A stretch of 15,000 nucleotides of DNA from Candidatus Dadabacteria bacterium (GTDB lineage: Bacteria; Desulfobacterota_D; UBA1144; Nemesobacterales; CSP1-2). Positions 7,318 through 14,726 of the stretch are shown piece after piece (within the stretch, counting starts at the first letter, position 1; each line of letters begins with the position of its first letter). The notes under the pieces are model-generated. The model saw only the letters and a list, made by a program, of their open reading frames with translations. It did not search any database and was not told where the DNA came from. Both the position numbers and the translations under genes were made by a program. The DNA lies in contig PSLL01000043.1 in NCBI GenBank assembly GCA_040289575.1, positions 2,847-17,846 on the forward strand. Reading direction: 5' to 3'.

Positions 7318-7660
7318 TTAACAAAATACCAGATAACGGAGAGGCATATTGACAATGGCAAGAACCCCAGCACCCAAGATGGCCGGGATGAACCCGCCTA
7401 TGACAAAGCCGGAGACAAATAGTGCAGCAAATTTCAGCATAAGAGCGTTAATTATAATGAGAAACAGCCCAAACGTGAGTAGGCAATATCGGGAATGTCA
7501 GAATTTTTAGGATAAATCCTATTGTTGCATTTACAAGCCCGATTACGATTGCGGCTATCAATGCCGTGCCAAATCCCCTTATTTCAAATCCCGGGATAAT
7601 GTATGAAACAATCAGGAGGCTCAACGCACTTAGAAACCAGTTGACTATTAACACGAACAT
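7318..7660 (-). pseudogene. YvlD-like 4-TM 'phage holin family' membrane protein, frameshifted
   Basis: MFVLIVNWFLSALSLLIVSYIIPGF...LKILTFPIL, then after one extra base near 7483 it continues LLTFGLFLIIINALMLKFAALFVSGFVIGGFIPAILGAGVLAIVNMPLRYLVFC* (TAA 7320-7318); span 343 nt = 3n+1. Confidence 0.85.
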
Positions 7661-7712
7661 ATTCAAATCTCACTCCAATTTAGTTTAAAAAAATACACTT
7701 GTATAAACACCG

Positions 7713-8816
7713 TTATCTCGTAGGCTGCTCCCGTGTGAGGCAGTGTAGGGTTCCGAGCCCCCAGACGAGGTCAACGGCGTGTATGCCGACTACCAAACGA
7801 TCAGAGAAGATCTCCGCGAGGATGCCCAGTGCAACCCTGTCATTGGGATCATTAAAGGTAGGAACGAGAACAGAAGCATTTGATATGTAGAAGTTAGCGT
7901 AACTCGCCGGAAGCCTCTGACCGTCTAGATATAAAGGCTCAGGCATAGGCAAGAATACAACTTCCACCCTAGATCCATCTTCAAGCCTCATACCTTCAAG
8001 GCGCTCACGGTTTTCCTCAAGCGGCAAATAGTTAACATCATTCGGATTGCCTTCTCGGCAGAGAACCACAGTGCTTGGCCCCACAAAGCGGCATATATCA
8101 TCTATGTGTCCATGTGTGTCGTCACCGGCAATACCCCGTCCAAGCCAGAGTATATTTGTCACACCGAGATATGCGCGTAGAACCTCTTCTATCTCATTCC
8201 TATCAAAACCCGGGTTTCGGACTTGAATTGACTGATCCAAAAGGCACTCTTCTGTAGTAATCAGTGTCCCACGGCCGTTCACATCTATACACCCCCCTTC
8301 AAGGACAATATCTCGGCCTTTAGATCTTGCACGGAAAATACAGAGTCCGAGCATCTCAGCAACGCGCTCTGGAATTGCGTCATCCTTTTCCCAATCCGGA
8401 TATCGCGCCCAGGCGTTAAATCGGAAACGCGCGATTGCCAACTTATTATGCCCTCTTACACGGTGGACAAATATCGGACCGAAGTCGCGCATCCATCCAC
8501 GATTCGTCTCAAAAAGAAAGAACTCGACCCTAGATAGGTCAACACCAGCCCTCGCAAGGATAAGCCGTGCCCTTCTCTTATGAGCCTCTGAATTGACGAT
8601 GATACGAATGATTTCGCTGTGTATGAGTTTCCTGACAATCTCCCCATAGACCCATTCGATTATAGACAACTTTCCAGGCCAGTCTGTACGGTTGTGTGGC
8701 CAGGCAATCCATGTAGCCTCATGCGGCTCCCATTCAGCAGGCATACAGAAACCGAGTTCCAGAGGGTTTTTTTGTGTTATCTCTAGTTTTTGTTGGTTCA
8801 TAGTAAACCGAATCAT
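7713..8816 (-). CDS. aguA: agmatine deiminase (Porphyromonas-type peptidyl-arginine deiminase family)
   Basis: MPAEWEPHEATWIAWP, WMRDFGP, LEGG.IDVNG.GT, DDTHGHID, PASYANFY, GTLHCLT motifs; start could be ATG 8801. Confidence 0.92.
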   Translation of the reverse strand: MIRFTMNQQKLEITQKNPLELGFCMPAEWEPHEATWIAWPHNRTDWPGKLSIIEWVYGEIVRKLIHSEIIRIIVNSEAHKRRARLILARAGVDLSRVEFFLFETNRGWMRDFGPIFVHRVRGHNKLAIARFRFNAWARYPDWEKDDAIPERVAEMLGLCIFRARSKGRDIVLEGGCIDVNGRGTLITTEECLLDQSIQVRNPGFDRNEIEEVLRAYLGVTNILWLGRGIAGDDTHGHIDDICRFVGPSTVVLCREGNPNDVNYLPLEENRERLEGMRLEDGSRVEVVFLPMPEPLYLDGQRLPASYANFYISNASVLVPTFNDPNDRVALGILAEIFSDRLVVGIHAVDLVWGLGTLHCLTREQPTR

Positions 8817-8867
8817 AAGGCGTGAGGTGATCCATTAACACCTTACACCTCACAATTTACACCTTAC
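8815..8867. repeat. heptamer-repeat (GTRAGGY) inverted-repeat hairpin between aguB and aguA
   Basis: ATAAGGCGTGAGGTG (8815-8829), 9-nt loop, CACCTTACACCTCAC (8839-8853), plus an extra ACACCTTAC (8859-8867). Confidence 0.6.
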
Positions 8868-9736
8868 TATTCCTTGTCGAGAAAACGGCAGTTAATTCCT
8901 CCGTAGGCGTCAACTCGGCGGTCACGAAGAAATGGCCAGTTGCGCCGCACATTCTCAATCCGTTTGAGGTCTACCTCACCTATAAGAATTTTCTCTCTAT
9001 CAACTGGGGCATCCGCTATAATAACCCCCTGCGGATCACATAAAAAAGATGATCCCCAGAATTCAATCCCGAAGCCACCATCCGGCGGTATTTCATGTCC
9101 GACGCGGTTTACAGCGGCAACATAAACGCCGTTTGCAATCGCATGCCCGCGCTGAACCGTGCGCCATGCATCAATCTGCACCCGGCCAAACTCCTCCTTC
9201 TCATGTGGATGCCAACCGATGGCAGTTGGATAGAAGAGAACGCTTGCGCCCCTTAGTGCCACAAGGCGCGCCGCTTCCGGATACCACTGATCCCAGCAAA
9301 TAAGTGTTCCTATTCGTCCTGAACCCGTATCAAAGGCCTGGAATCCAAGGTCGCCGGGGGTGAAGTAGAATTTCTCATAATACCCCGGATCGTCGGGTAT
9401 ATGCATCTTGCGATAGAGCCCCACAATCTCTCCGTTTGTATCAACTACCGCAGTGCTATTGTGATATATGCCGGGGGCGCGGCGCTCAAATATAGGAGCG
9501 ATTACAACAACCCCCGCCTTATGAGCAACCCTTCCCAGCACCTCGGTGGTTGGGCCTGGTACCGGCTCGGCAATATCGAAAAATGACACATCCTCACACT
9601 GACAGAAGTATATCACATTGGCACCCATGGATGCCGCTTCTTCAATCATAGAGGCGGCTTTATTAAGGTTCTCCTCCGGATTGAGGGCACAGAACATTTG
9701 TATAAGCCCCACTGTGAATCTTTGAGGGATTTGCAT
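8867..9736 (-). CDS. aguB: N-carbamoylputrescine amidase (carbon-nitrogen hydrolase) with an in-frame deletion of the catalytic-Glu segment; probably inactive
   Basis: YRKMHIPDDPGYYEKFYF (catalytic Lys) and ICWDQWYPE (catalytic Cys) are present, but GANVI joins directly to YFCQ with no CLxELF segment; adjacent to aguA. Confidence 0.85.
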   Translation of the reverse strand: MQIPQRFTVGLIQMFCALNPEENLNKAASMIEEAASMGANVIYFCQCEDVSFFDIAEPVPGPTTEVLGRVAHKAGVVVIAPIFERRAPGIYHNSTAVVDTNGEIVGLYRKMHIPDDPGYYEKFYFTPGDLGFQAFDTGSGRIGTLICWDQWYPEAARLVALRGASVLFYPTAIGWHPHEKEEFGRVQIDAWRTVQRGHAIANGVYVAAVNRVGHEIPPDGGFGIEFWGSSFLCDPQGVIIADAPVDREKILIGEVDLKRIENVRRNWPFLRDRRVDAYGGINCRFLDKE

Positions 9737-9872
9737 GAGGGTTAAGTTTACACGAATTTGTAAATTTTTAAGAATTGATAATTATTTTTAAATGAGCCTA
9801 ACTAAAATTTTTAAAAGGAGACTTATGGCATTATTAATTCATTTTCTCCAGAAACTTTTTGGGTCTATTCTC

Positions 9873-9889
9873 TCACCCCTGAGGGGTGA
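9873..9889. other. perfect palindrome / short hairpin immediately after the small ORF stop
   Basis: TCACCCCT-G-AGGGGTGA; no U-tract on the minus strand, so terminator status is uncertain. Confidence 0.45.
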
Positions 9890-10083
9890 TTATATACATC
9901 CCTGATTGTTCATCATCACCACATGAATTTCAGCAGTCCTACCATCATCAAACTTTACCATATAAGCCTCTCCAACCATTTTGGAGATACCCTGAAGGAT
10001 TGTACCTCTTATTCCGGGTTCAAATTCTTGATCGCCCAATTTAATCCTCAGTTTCACCTCAAACCTTGTGCCCGGCGATACAT
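9890..10083 (-). CDS. unannotated small beta-rich (SH3/KOW-like) protein; start uncertain, possibly frameshifted
   Basis: Open frame SPGTRFEVKLRIKLGDQEFEPGIRGTILQGISKMVGEAYMVKFDDGRTAEIHVVMMNNQGCI* (TAA 9892-9890); ATG 10083 is one base out of frame; in-frame GTG 10057 and TTG 10039. Confidence 0.5.
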
Positions 10084-10087
10084 CACT

Positions 10088-11236
10088 TTATACCCCCGCT
10101 ATCTTATGTGCACGGGTATATCTTATATCAATTGGGATGCTTGCCTTTTCAATCTTGGTCCCGGAAAGGGATTGAATCCTTTTTAATTCGCCATACTCCC
10201 AGGGGGTTAAAAATGTAATAGCTACTCCTCCTTTTCCGGCCCTGCCCGTTCTGCCGATCCTGTGTATATAGCTCTCGGCATCCTGAGGGATGTCATAATT
10301 GACAACATGTGTAATGCCATCTATATCAAGCCCCCTTGCCGCAACATCGGTGGCAACGAGGATGTCAATCTTACCTATCCTAAAGAGTCTCATAACCCTA
10401 TCGCGCTCACTCTGAGAGCGATTTCCATGAATCGCCCTAACGTTATATCCCCTGGCTTTAAGTGCAGCCGCCAGATCATCAACCCCGGTTTTTGTTTTTC
10501 GAAAGACAAGAAATACCCCCTTTTTTTCTAGGTCAATCAATCTAGTTAGAGCATTCAACTTATCGAACTCCGTGATCTCAAAGAACATCTGCTTTATCTG
10601 CGGAACCGTAAGCACATCCTTAGAAACCATTATCTCAACAGGATCTTTCATATACCGCTTTGCCAACCATGCGATCTGAGACGGAATAGTCGCGGAAAAC
10701 ATCATCTTTTGGCACCTGCCCGGAATCCGCGCGAGTATGAACTTCATGCCATCAATAAACCCCATATCAAGCATACGGTCGGCCTCATCGAGGACTGCAA
10801 AATGGATGGATTTGAGGCTCAATGTCCCCCGCCTAATGTGGTCAATGACCCTTCCCGGCGTTCCAACCACAACATGCACCCCCTTTTTGAGGTGTTTCAA
10901 CTGCCTTTCAATAGGCTCACCACCATAAACCGGAAGGACAGATATTTGTTTATATTTCCCGACCTTCTCAATCTCCTTAGCAACCTGAACCGCAAGCTCC
11001 CTTGTTGGGGTAAGGGCTATTGCTTGAACCCCTTTCTCCAGAGGTTCAATCTTCTCGACTAAAGGAATTCCGAACGCAATGGTCTTTCCCGTCCCAGTCT
11101 GAGCCTGACCTATTATGTCCCTTCCGATTAATGCGTATGGGATTGCCCTTTCCTGAATCGGGGTTGGAATGTCAAACCCCATATCCCTTATAGCTCTACT
11201 GACTCCATCCGATAAACTAAACTCTTCAAAATTCAA
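10088..11236 (-). CDS. DEAD-box ATP-dependent RNA helicase (CshA/DeaD-like core, short C-terminus)
   Basis: Q motif GFDIPTPIQ, AQTGTGKT, PTRELA, TPGR, LDEADRM, SAT, ARGLD, HRIGRTGRAG; SD GAGGAG before the TTG start. Confidence 0.95.
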   Translation of the reverse strand: MNFEEFSLSDGVSRAIRDMGFDIPTPIQERAIPYALIGRDIIGQAQTGTGKTIAFGIPLVEKIEPLEKGVQAIALTPTRELAVQVAKEIEKVGKYKQISVLPVYGGEPIERQLKHLKKGVHVVVGTPGRVIDHIRRGTLSLKSIHFAVLDEADRMLDMGFIDGMKFILARIPGRCQKMMFSATIPSQIAWLAKRYMKDPVEIMVSKDVLTVPQIKQMFFEITEFDKLNALTRLIDLEKKGVFLVFRKTKTGVDDLAAALKARGYNVRAIHGNRSQSERDRVMRLFRIGKIDILVATDVAARGLDIDGITHVVNYDIPQDAESYIHRIGRTGRAGKGGVAITFLTPWEYGELKRIQSLSGTKIEKASIPIDIRYTRAHKIAGV

Positions 11237-11381
11237 ATCTTAATCTCCTCGTCAATCCAAGATTGACATTAATCCTATTTTTGAGCCTTTTCAGTTATCT
11301 GTTATAGGAGGGTAAAGTGGGCTGTTTATAAAAGATAGCTACTTACCTTCTAAACCGAAACTTAGTTACTCAATCAACAAA

Positions 11382-11410
11382 ATTTTACACGCAAAGCCGA
11401 AATCTGGCAA
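11382..11410 (-). promoter_or_regulatory. sigma70-type promoter of the helicase gene (about 140-nt 5' UTR)
   Basis: Minus strand TTGCCA (11410-11405), 17 bp, TAAAAT (11387-11382). Confidence 0.6.
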
Positions 11411-11476
11411 ATTTGCTAAACTCAATAAATCATCCGTTAATTTACCTTTCAATTCGGATAGTATCTACATCACGAT

Positions 11477-11674
11477 CTAATCCGCAATAGCGTATTCAAC
11501 CGAACGGGGATTTTCCATACGCTTAGATGCGTCTAATATCTCAAGCCCCACGATGTTGCCATCCTTATCGTAGTCGAAAATCAAGCCGGGTTTGTCTTCG
11601 TCGCTCTCCTCGATTGGCGCATTGCTGAAAAGAATCCTTAGAACATCCACCTCGGGATCATAAGTTATTTTTAT
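11477..11674 (-). pseudogene. DUF2283 family protein (putative antitoxin); ancestral ATG start appears mutated to ATA
   Basis: (M)KITYDPEVDVLRILFS...DYDKDGNIVGLEILDASK is typical DUF2283; SD GGAGG sits 5 nt before ATA 11674-11672. May still be translated from TTG 11686 or ATA. Confidence 0.75.
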
Positions 11675-11820
11675 ATACGCCTCCAATATTTATCAATCTT
11701 ACTTGTCCTGTAAACCGTAACTACAACTGCCGGATCAACGTCTTCAGCTACAATAACACGGAACAGAAAAATTCTGCCATCCCTAAAATCAATTTGCGAC
11801 TGATTAGCCACAGTCAATAA
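11671..11820 (-). pseudogene. C-terminal remnant of a DUF4258 (RelE-like) putative toxin
   Basis: NQSQIDFRDGRIFLFRVIVAEDVDPAVVVTVYRTSKIDKYWRRI*; stop overlaps the DUF2283 start (ATAA, ancestral ATGA); N-terminal half absent. Confidence 0.75.
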
Positions 11821-11857
11821 TTAACCCATATAACCTAATTCAGGTATTATTAGAAAT

Positions 11858-12322
11858 ATGAGTTCTCGCTTTGTCGTCCATGAGCATGAGGCATCGCGCC
11901 TTCATTACGACTTTCGTCTGGAGATGGATGGGGTTCTCCGTTCATGGGCTATTCCTAAGGGGCCCTCTATGGATGCGTCTGAAAAGAGATTAGCTATTCT
12001 AGTGGAAGACCATCCCCTAGAATACATTGATTTTGAGGGGATTATACCGGAGGGGATGTATGGAGCGGGAGCAGTTGTCGTCTGGGATAATGGAAACTAT
12101 GACATTCTTGAAAAGAAAAGGGATAAGATCAGATTCTTTCTTAAAGGAAAAAGGCTTAAGGGGAATTTCTCATTGGTCCGCCTCAAGGGAAAGGAAAAGG
12201 AATGGCTCCTTATAAAACAGAATGATGAATATGCTCAAAGCGGCTGGAAACTCAAGACAAGCCTAACGCAGGAGAAAAGAGCCGGACTTAAAGAGCAAAT
12301 CCCTCCATGCAGAACATCGTAA
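11858..12322 (+). CDS. stand-alone LigD 3'-phosphoesterase (PE) domain protein
   Basis: [61 protein letters not shown]; no ligase or polymerase domain. Confidence 0.92.
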   Translation: MSSRFVVHEHEASRLHYDFRLEMDGVLRSWAIPKGPSMDASEKRLAILVEDHPLEYIDFEGIIPEGMYGAGAVVVWDNGNYDILEKKRDKIRFFLKGKRLKGNFSLVRLKGKEKEWLLIKQNDEYAQSGWKLKTSLTQEKRAGLKEQIPPCRTS

Positions 12323-12403
12323 GGGGATAGCAAACAGAATTAGGAAATTGGGAAAATGTTGTACTCATTGATAGCTTCTATTAAGGGTACTTAACATACC
12401 TCC

Positions 12404-12445
12404 TGTTTACTGTATTCCGTCTACCGTCTACTATCTTCTACATTC
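12404..12445. repeat. degenerate 7-bp tandem repeat (6 units) overlapping the ArsA-family stop codon
   Basis: TGTTTAC TGTATTC CGTCTAC CGTCTAC TATCTTC TACATTC. Confidence 0.55.
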
Positions 12446-13625
12446 TCTTCTTCTCTTTCTTCTCAAAGATTATCCTGAGCATTCCATCATGAAACTTGGC
12501 CTCCTTAGCAGAAAGCCCAGCTAGGAACCTTGGGAGAAAAAGGTTTCGGCGATAGTTATCAATTTGAATTGTAAGCTCGTCTACAGTCTGAAAGAGATTG
12601 ATCTTCTCCTTAGAGACAAAAGGGAGCCTTAAACGCAACTGATATACCCCTTCCTCTTTTACAATCTCATAGGGCCTGCCTTTAAAAAATATTTCGGTGG
12701 GGTCCTTTTGTGAAAAAAGGGATTGACCGAATCTCTCAAGTGAGCTTATGCCCAAAACCTCTTTGGAGAAAAGAGGTGCCTCGAATGCAGGAATAGGATT
12801 AAAGAGTTCTTCTACCTCTTCTCTATAGCCTTCCTGAAACCTCTTCCATTCCTCAAAGAACGGAACATCCAATTCCTTAGGCATAGTTCTATTTATTATG
12901 ATCGAGTCCACAGGATAGCCGTATAAGTTCAGGTATGTATAAGCCCTCTGAGTCTCCTTAATCACCATCCTCTCCAGATTGAGGACGAGTCGGATTGTTG
13001 TAATTTCGGGATTCGAAAATGTCTTATGTATTGAGTCGAGCTTTTTAAAAAGTTCTTCTATGGCATCGTATGTGTGCTCCTCCGGAAGAGGCATCTCTGA
13101 TACTACCTTCATTGCAGGTCTTATGAGTTTTACCACCTTTCTCTCAATGGGAAATATCTTTACTATCCACCATCTGGCTACATCGGGAAGTGAGAGCAAC
13201 CTTAGTGTCTCTCCCGTAGGCGCGCTATCTACTATGATGACATCATACGACCTCCTTTGTAGGTGTTGTTGAACCCAGAGAAAACAGGCTACCTCCTCCA
13301 TTCCAGGAATCACGCTAAACTCCTCGGTTAGAATCTCATCCACCTTCATCCAGTTAAGTAGAGATTGCAGATACTCTGTCAGCTTTCCCCAGTATTTTTC
13401 TACGGAATAATAGACATCTACCTCTTGAGCATAGAGATTGGGCATTATTTCCTTTGGCTCAGGCCCCAGTTCCATATCAAAGGAATCACCCAGGCTGTGG
13501 GCGGGGTCTGTAGATATGACCAGCGCTTTATATCCCCTCTTTGCAGCTAAAATCGCCGTAGCCGCAGCCGTTGTAGTTTTGCCGACTCCGCCCTTTCCGG
13601 TGTATAGAATTATCCTCTTTGCCAT
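12438..13625 (-). CDS. ArsA/GET3 family ATPase with a C-terminal HSP20/alpha-crystallin-like domain
   Basis: GKGGVGKTT P-loop, STDPAHSL, DSAPTGETLRLL; C-terminal LRLPFV...ELTIQIDNYRRNLFLP...AKF.DG.LRI.F; single ATPase domain, no ars operon nearby. Confidence 0.9.
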   Translation of the reverse strand: MAKRIILYTGKGGVGKTTTAAATAILAAKRGYKALVISTDPAHSLGDSFDMELGPEPKEIMPNLYAQEVDVYYSVEKYWGKLTEYLQSLLNWMKVDEILTEEFSVIPGMEEVACFLWVQQHLQRRSYDVIIVDSAPTGETLRLLSLPDVARWWIVKIFPIERKVVKLIRPAMKVVSEMPLPEEHTYDAIEELFKKLDSIHKTFSNPEITTIRLVLNLERMVIKETQRAYTYLNLYGYPVDSIIINRTMPKELDVPFFEEWKRFQEGYREEVEELFNPIPAFEAPLFSKEVLGISSLERFGQSLFSQKDPTEIFFKGRPYEIVKEEGVYQLRLRLPFVSKEKINLFQTVDELTIQIDNYRRNLFLPRFLAGLSAKEAKFHDGMLRIIFEKKEKKRM

Positions 13626-13637
13626 ATTATTTTGCCC

Positions 13638-14003
13638 TCATGTTTTACTAATTTGCTGACTTAAAAAATCATATGCGGCTTAGAATCTCTACTTCCCTAA
13701 AAACTTTTAGATTCAGAAGATGTTTATCGCCTGAGATTATATATTTTGCTTTAGTCTCTACAGCACATTCAATAAATTTATTGTTGTTTGTGTCTTTATA
13801 AACTCAATGGATCTCGGCTTGTAAGTCATTCGGAAATTTAGTCTTTTATACGAGATAACCCCTTTTATCTCTTCAATAATGGCTAGGCTAGTGAAATTCT
13901 TGTTTTTCCCTCTTCAACCAATTTTAGAATCTTCTTTGGTTTACCTTTCTATCCAAACACAGAAACGAAGATATTGGTATACTACTTTTGAGACCTTGCC
14001 TAT
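13638..14003 (-). pseudogene. PIN-domain toxin (TIGR00305/PIN_3-like), multiply disrupted
   Basis: Pieced across frames: (M)GKVSKVV/TNIFVSVFG*KGKPKKILKLVEEGK/TSLAIIEEIKGVISYKRLNF/DTNNNKFIECAVETKAKYIISGDKHLLNLKVFREVEILS; matches the DTN...D..D.KF.ECA...A.YI.SGDKHLL pattern. Confidence 0.85.
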
Positions 14004-14195
14004 CCTATAGATTCATCCGCTACTTCAGAAGATAGATTATTCCCTTTCACGATCTGTCCTGCCTTTCGAGTTATATTCTCTAGTGTTAATGGTCTGTATA
14101 GTCCTTCTCTAAAAAGCCTTCTCATTAGACTTTGTAATTCCTGAGATAGGAGGTCTCGCAGGCTATCGAATATTTTCTCCAGTTTTTTTAGCCAT
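13982..14195 (-). pseudogene. putative antitoxin partner of the PIN toxin, frameshift plus premature stop
   Basis: ATG 14195 MAKK, extra A in an A7 run (14189-14183), LEKIFDSLRDLLSQELQSLMRRLFREGLYRP...SSEVADESIG*ARSQK*; overlaps the toxin start. Confidence 0.65.
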
Positions 14196-14234
14196 GTTTC
14201 TCACTGGTATATCATTTTAAACTTAAAATCCCTA

Positions 14235-14243
14235 TGATACAAT
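14235..14243 (+). promoter_or_regulatory. extended -10 element
   Basis: TGATACAAT (TGnTAnnnT) 12 nt upstream of ATG 14256. Confidence 0.4.
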
Positions 14244-14255
14244 TTAGAGTTAACA

Positions 14256-14702
14256 ATGAAGCACATAGGAATAAAAGCCCTAATAATACTTATTCTCCTT
14301 TATGGAACCGGAAAAGCCGAAGAGGCGAGGATGAAGGATTCCATGATTCTACACCCGGAGCAATATATCAAGATTACAAACTGGTCATTTTATGTAGCAT
14401 CTAGGGTAGCCATAATTCACCATGTCACAATCGAAAACAGAAGCGATATAGGATACAAAGACATTGAAGTGAGGGTGCGATACTACTCAACGTCCTATTC
14501 TAATTACAGAACACCGGTAGGCGGAGAAACCGGAATTCTACACATAACCTTACCTCCTCACACAAAGAAAACATATATCCAAGGGGGAGCCGTTCTGGGA
14601 TCGGGCTCCAGTCTCTTTTATGCAGACAATATAGAAGTCTTGGGTGCCATCCCCCTTACGTATGGAGGGCAAATAAAAAGATTTCCCAAGCTCGAATTAT
14701 AG
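14256..14702 (+). CDS. secreted hypothetical protein, Ig-like beta-sandwich (possibly FxLYD-like)
   Basis: Signal peptide MKHIGIKALIILILLYGTGKA; VTIENRSDIGYKDIEVRVRYY...LPPHTKK pattern. Confidence 0.65.
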   Translation: MKHIGIKALIILILLYGTGKAEEARMKDSMILHPEQYIKITNWSFYVASRVAIIHHVTIENRSDIGYKDIEVRVRYYSTSYSNYRTPVGGETGILHITLPPHTKKTYIQGGAVLGSGSSLFYADNIEVLGAIPLTYGGQIKRFPKLEL

Positions 14703-14726
14703 TCATTATTAAACCCATATTACAAA

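Noticed and set aside
7318..7660. Prophage inferred from the 'phage holin family' gene
   Set aside because: YvlD-like proteins are common chromosomal membrane proteins; no endolysin, integrase or structural genes are present.
8815..8867. CRISPR array or tRNA/ncRNA
   Set aside because: Units are 7 bp with no unique spacers; no cas genes, cloverleaf or rRNA motifs were seen anywhere in the window.
208..13659. Short antisense or alternate-frame ORFs in the track (e.g. 208-699, 2511-2861, 5943-6305, 9923-10186, 10709-11062, 12979-13272)
   Set aside because: They overlap well-supported genes and show no motifs or translation signals; treated as shadow ORFs.
6580..14002. Genome-wide TAG reassignment suggested by several in-frame TAGs
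   Set aside because: TAG is the normal terminator of ubiB, the porin, aguB, the ArsA-family gene and rsmG here; the internal TAGs occur in a region of otherwise broken genes.
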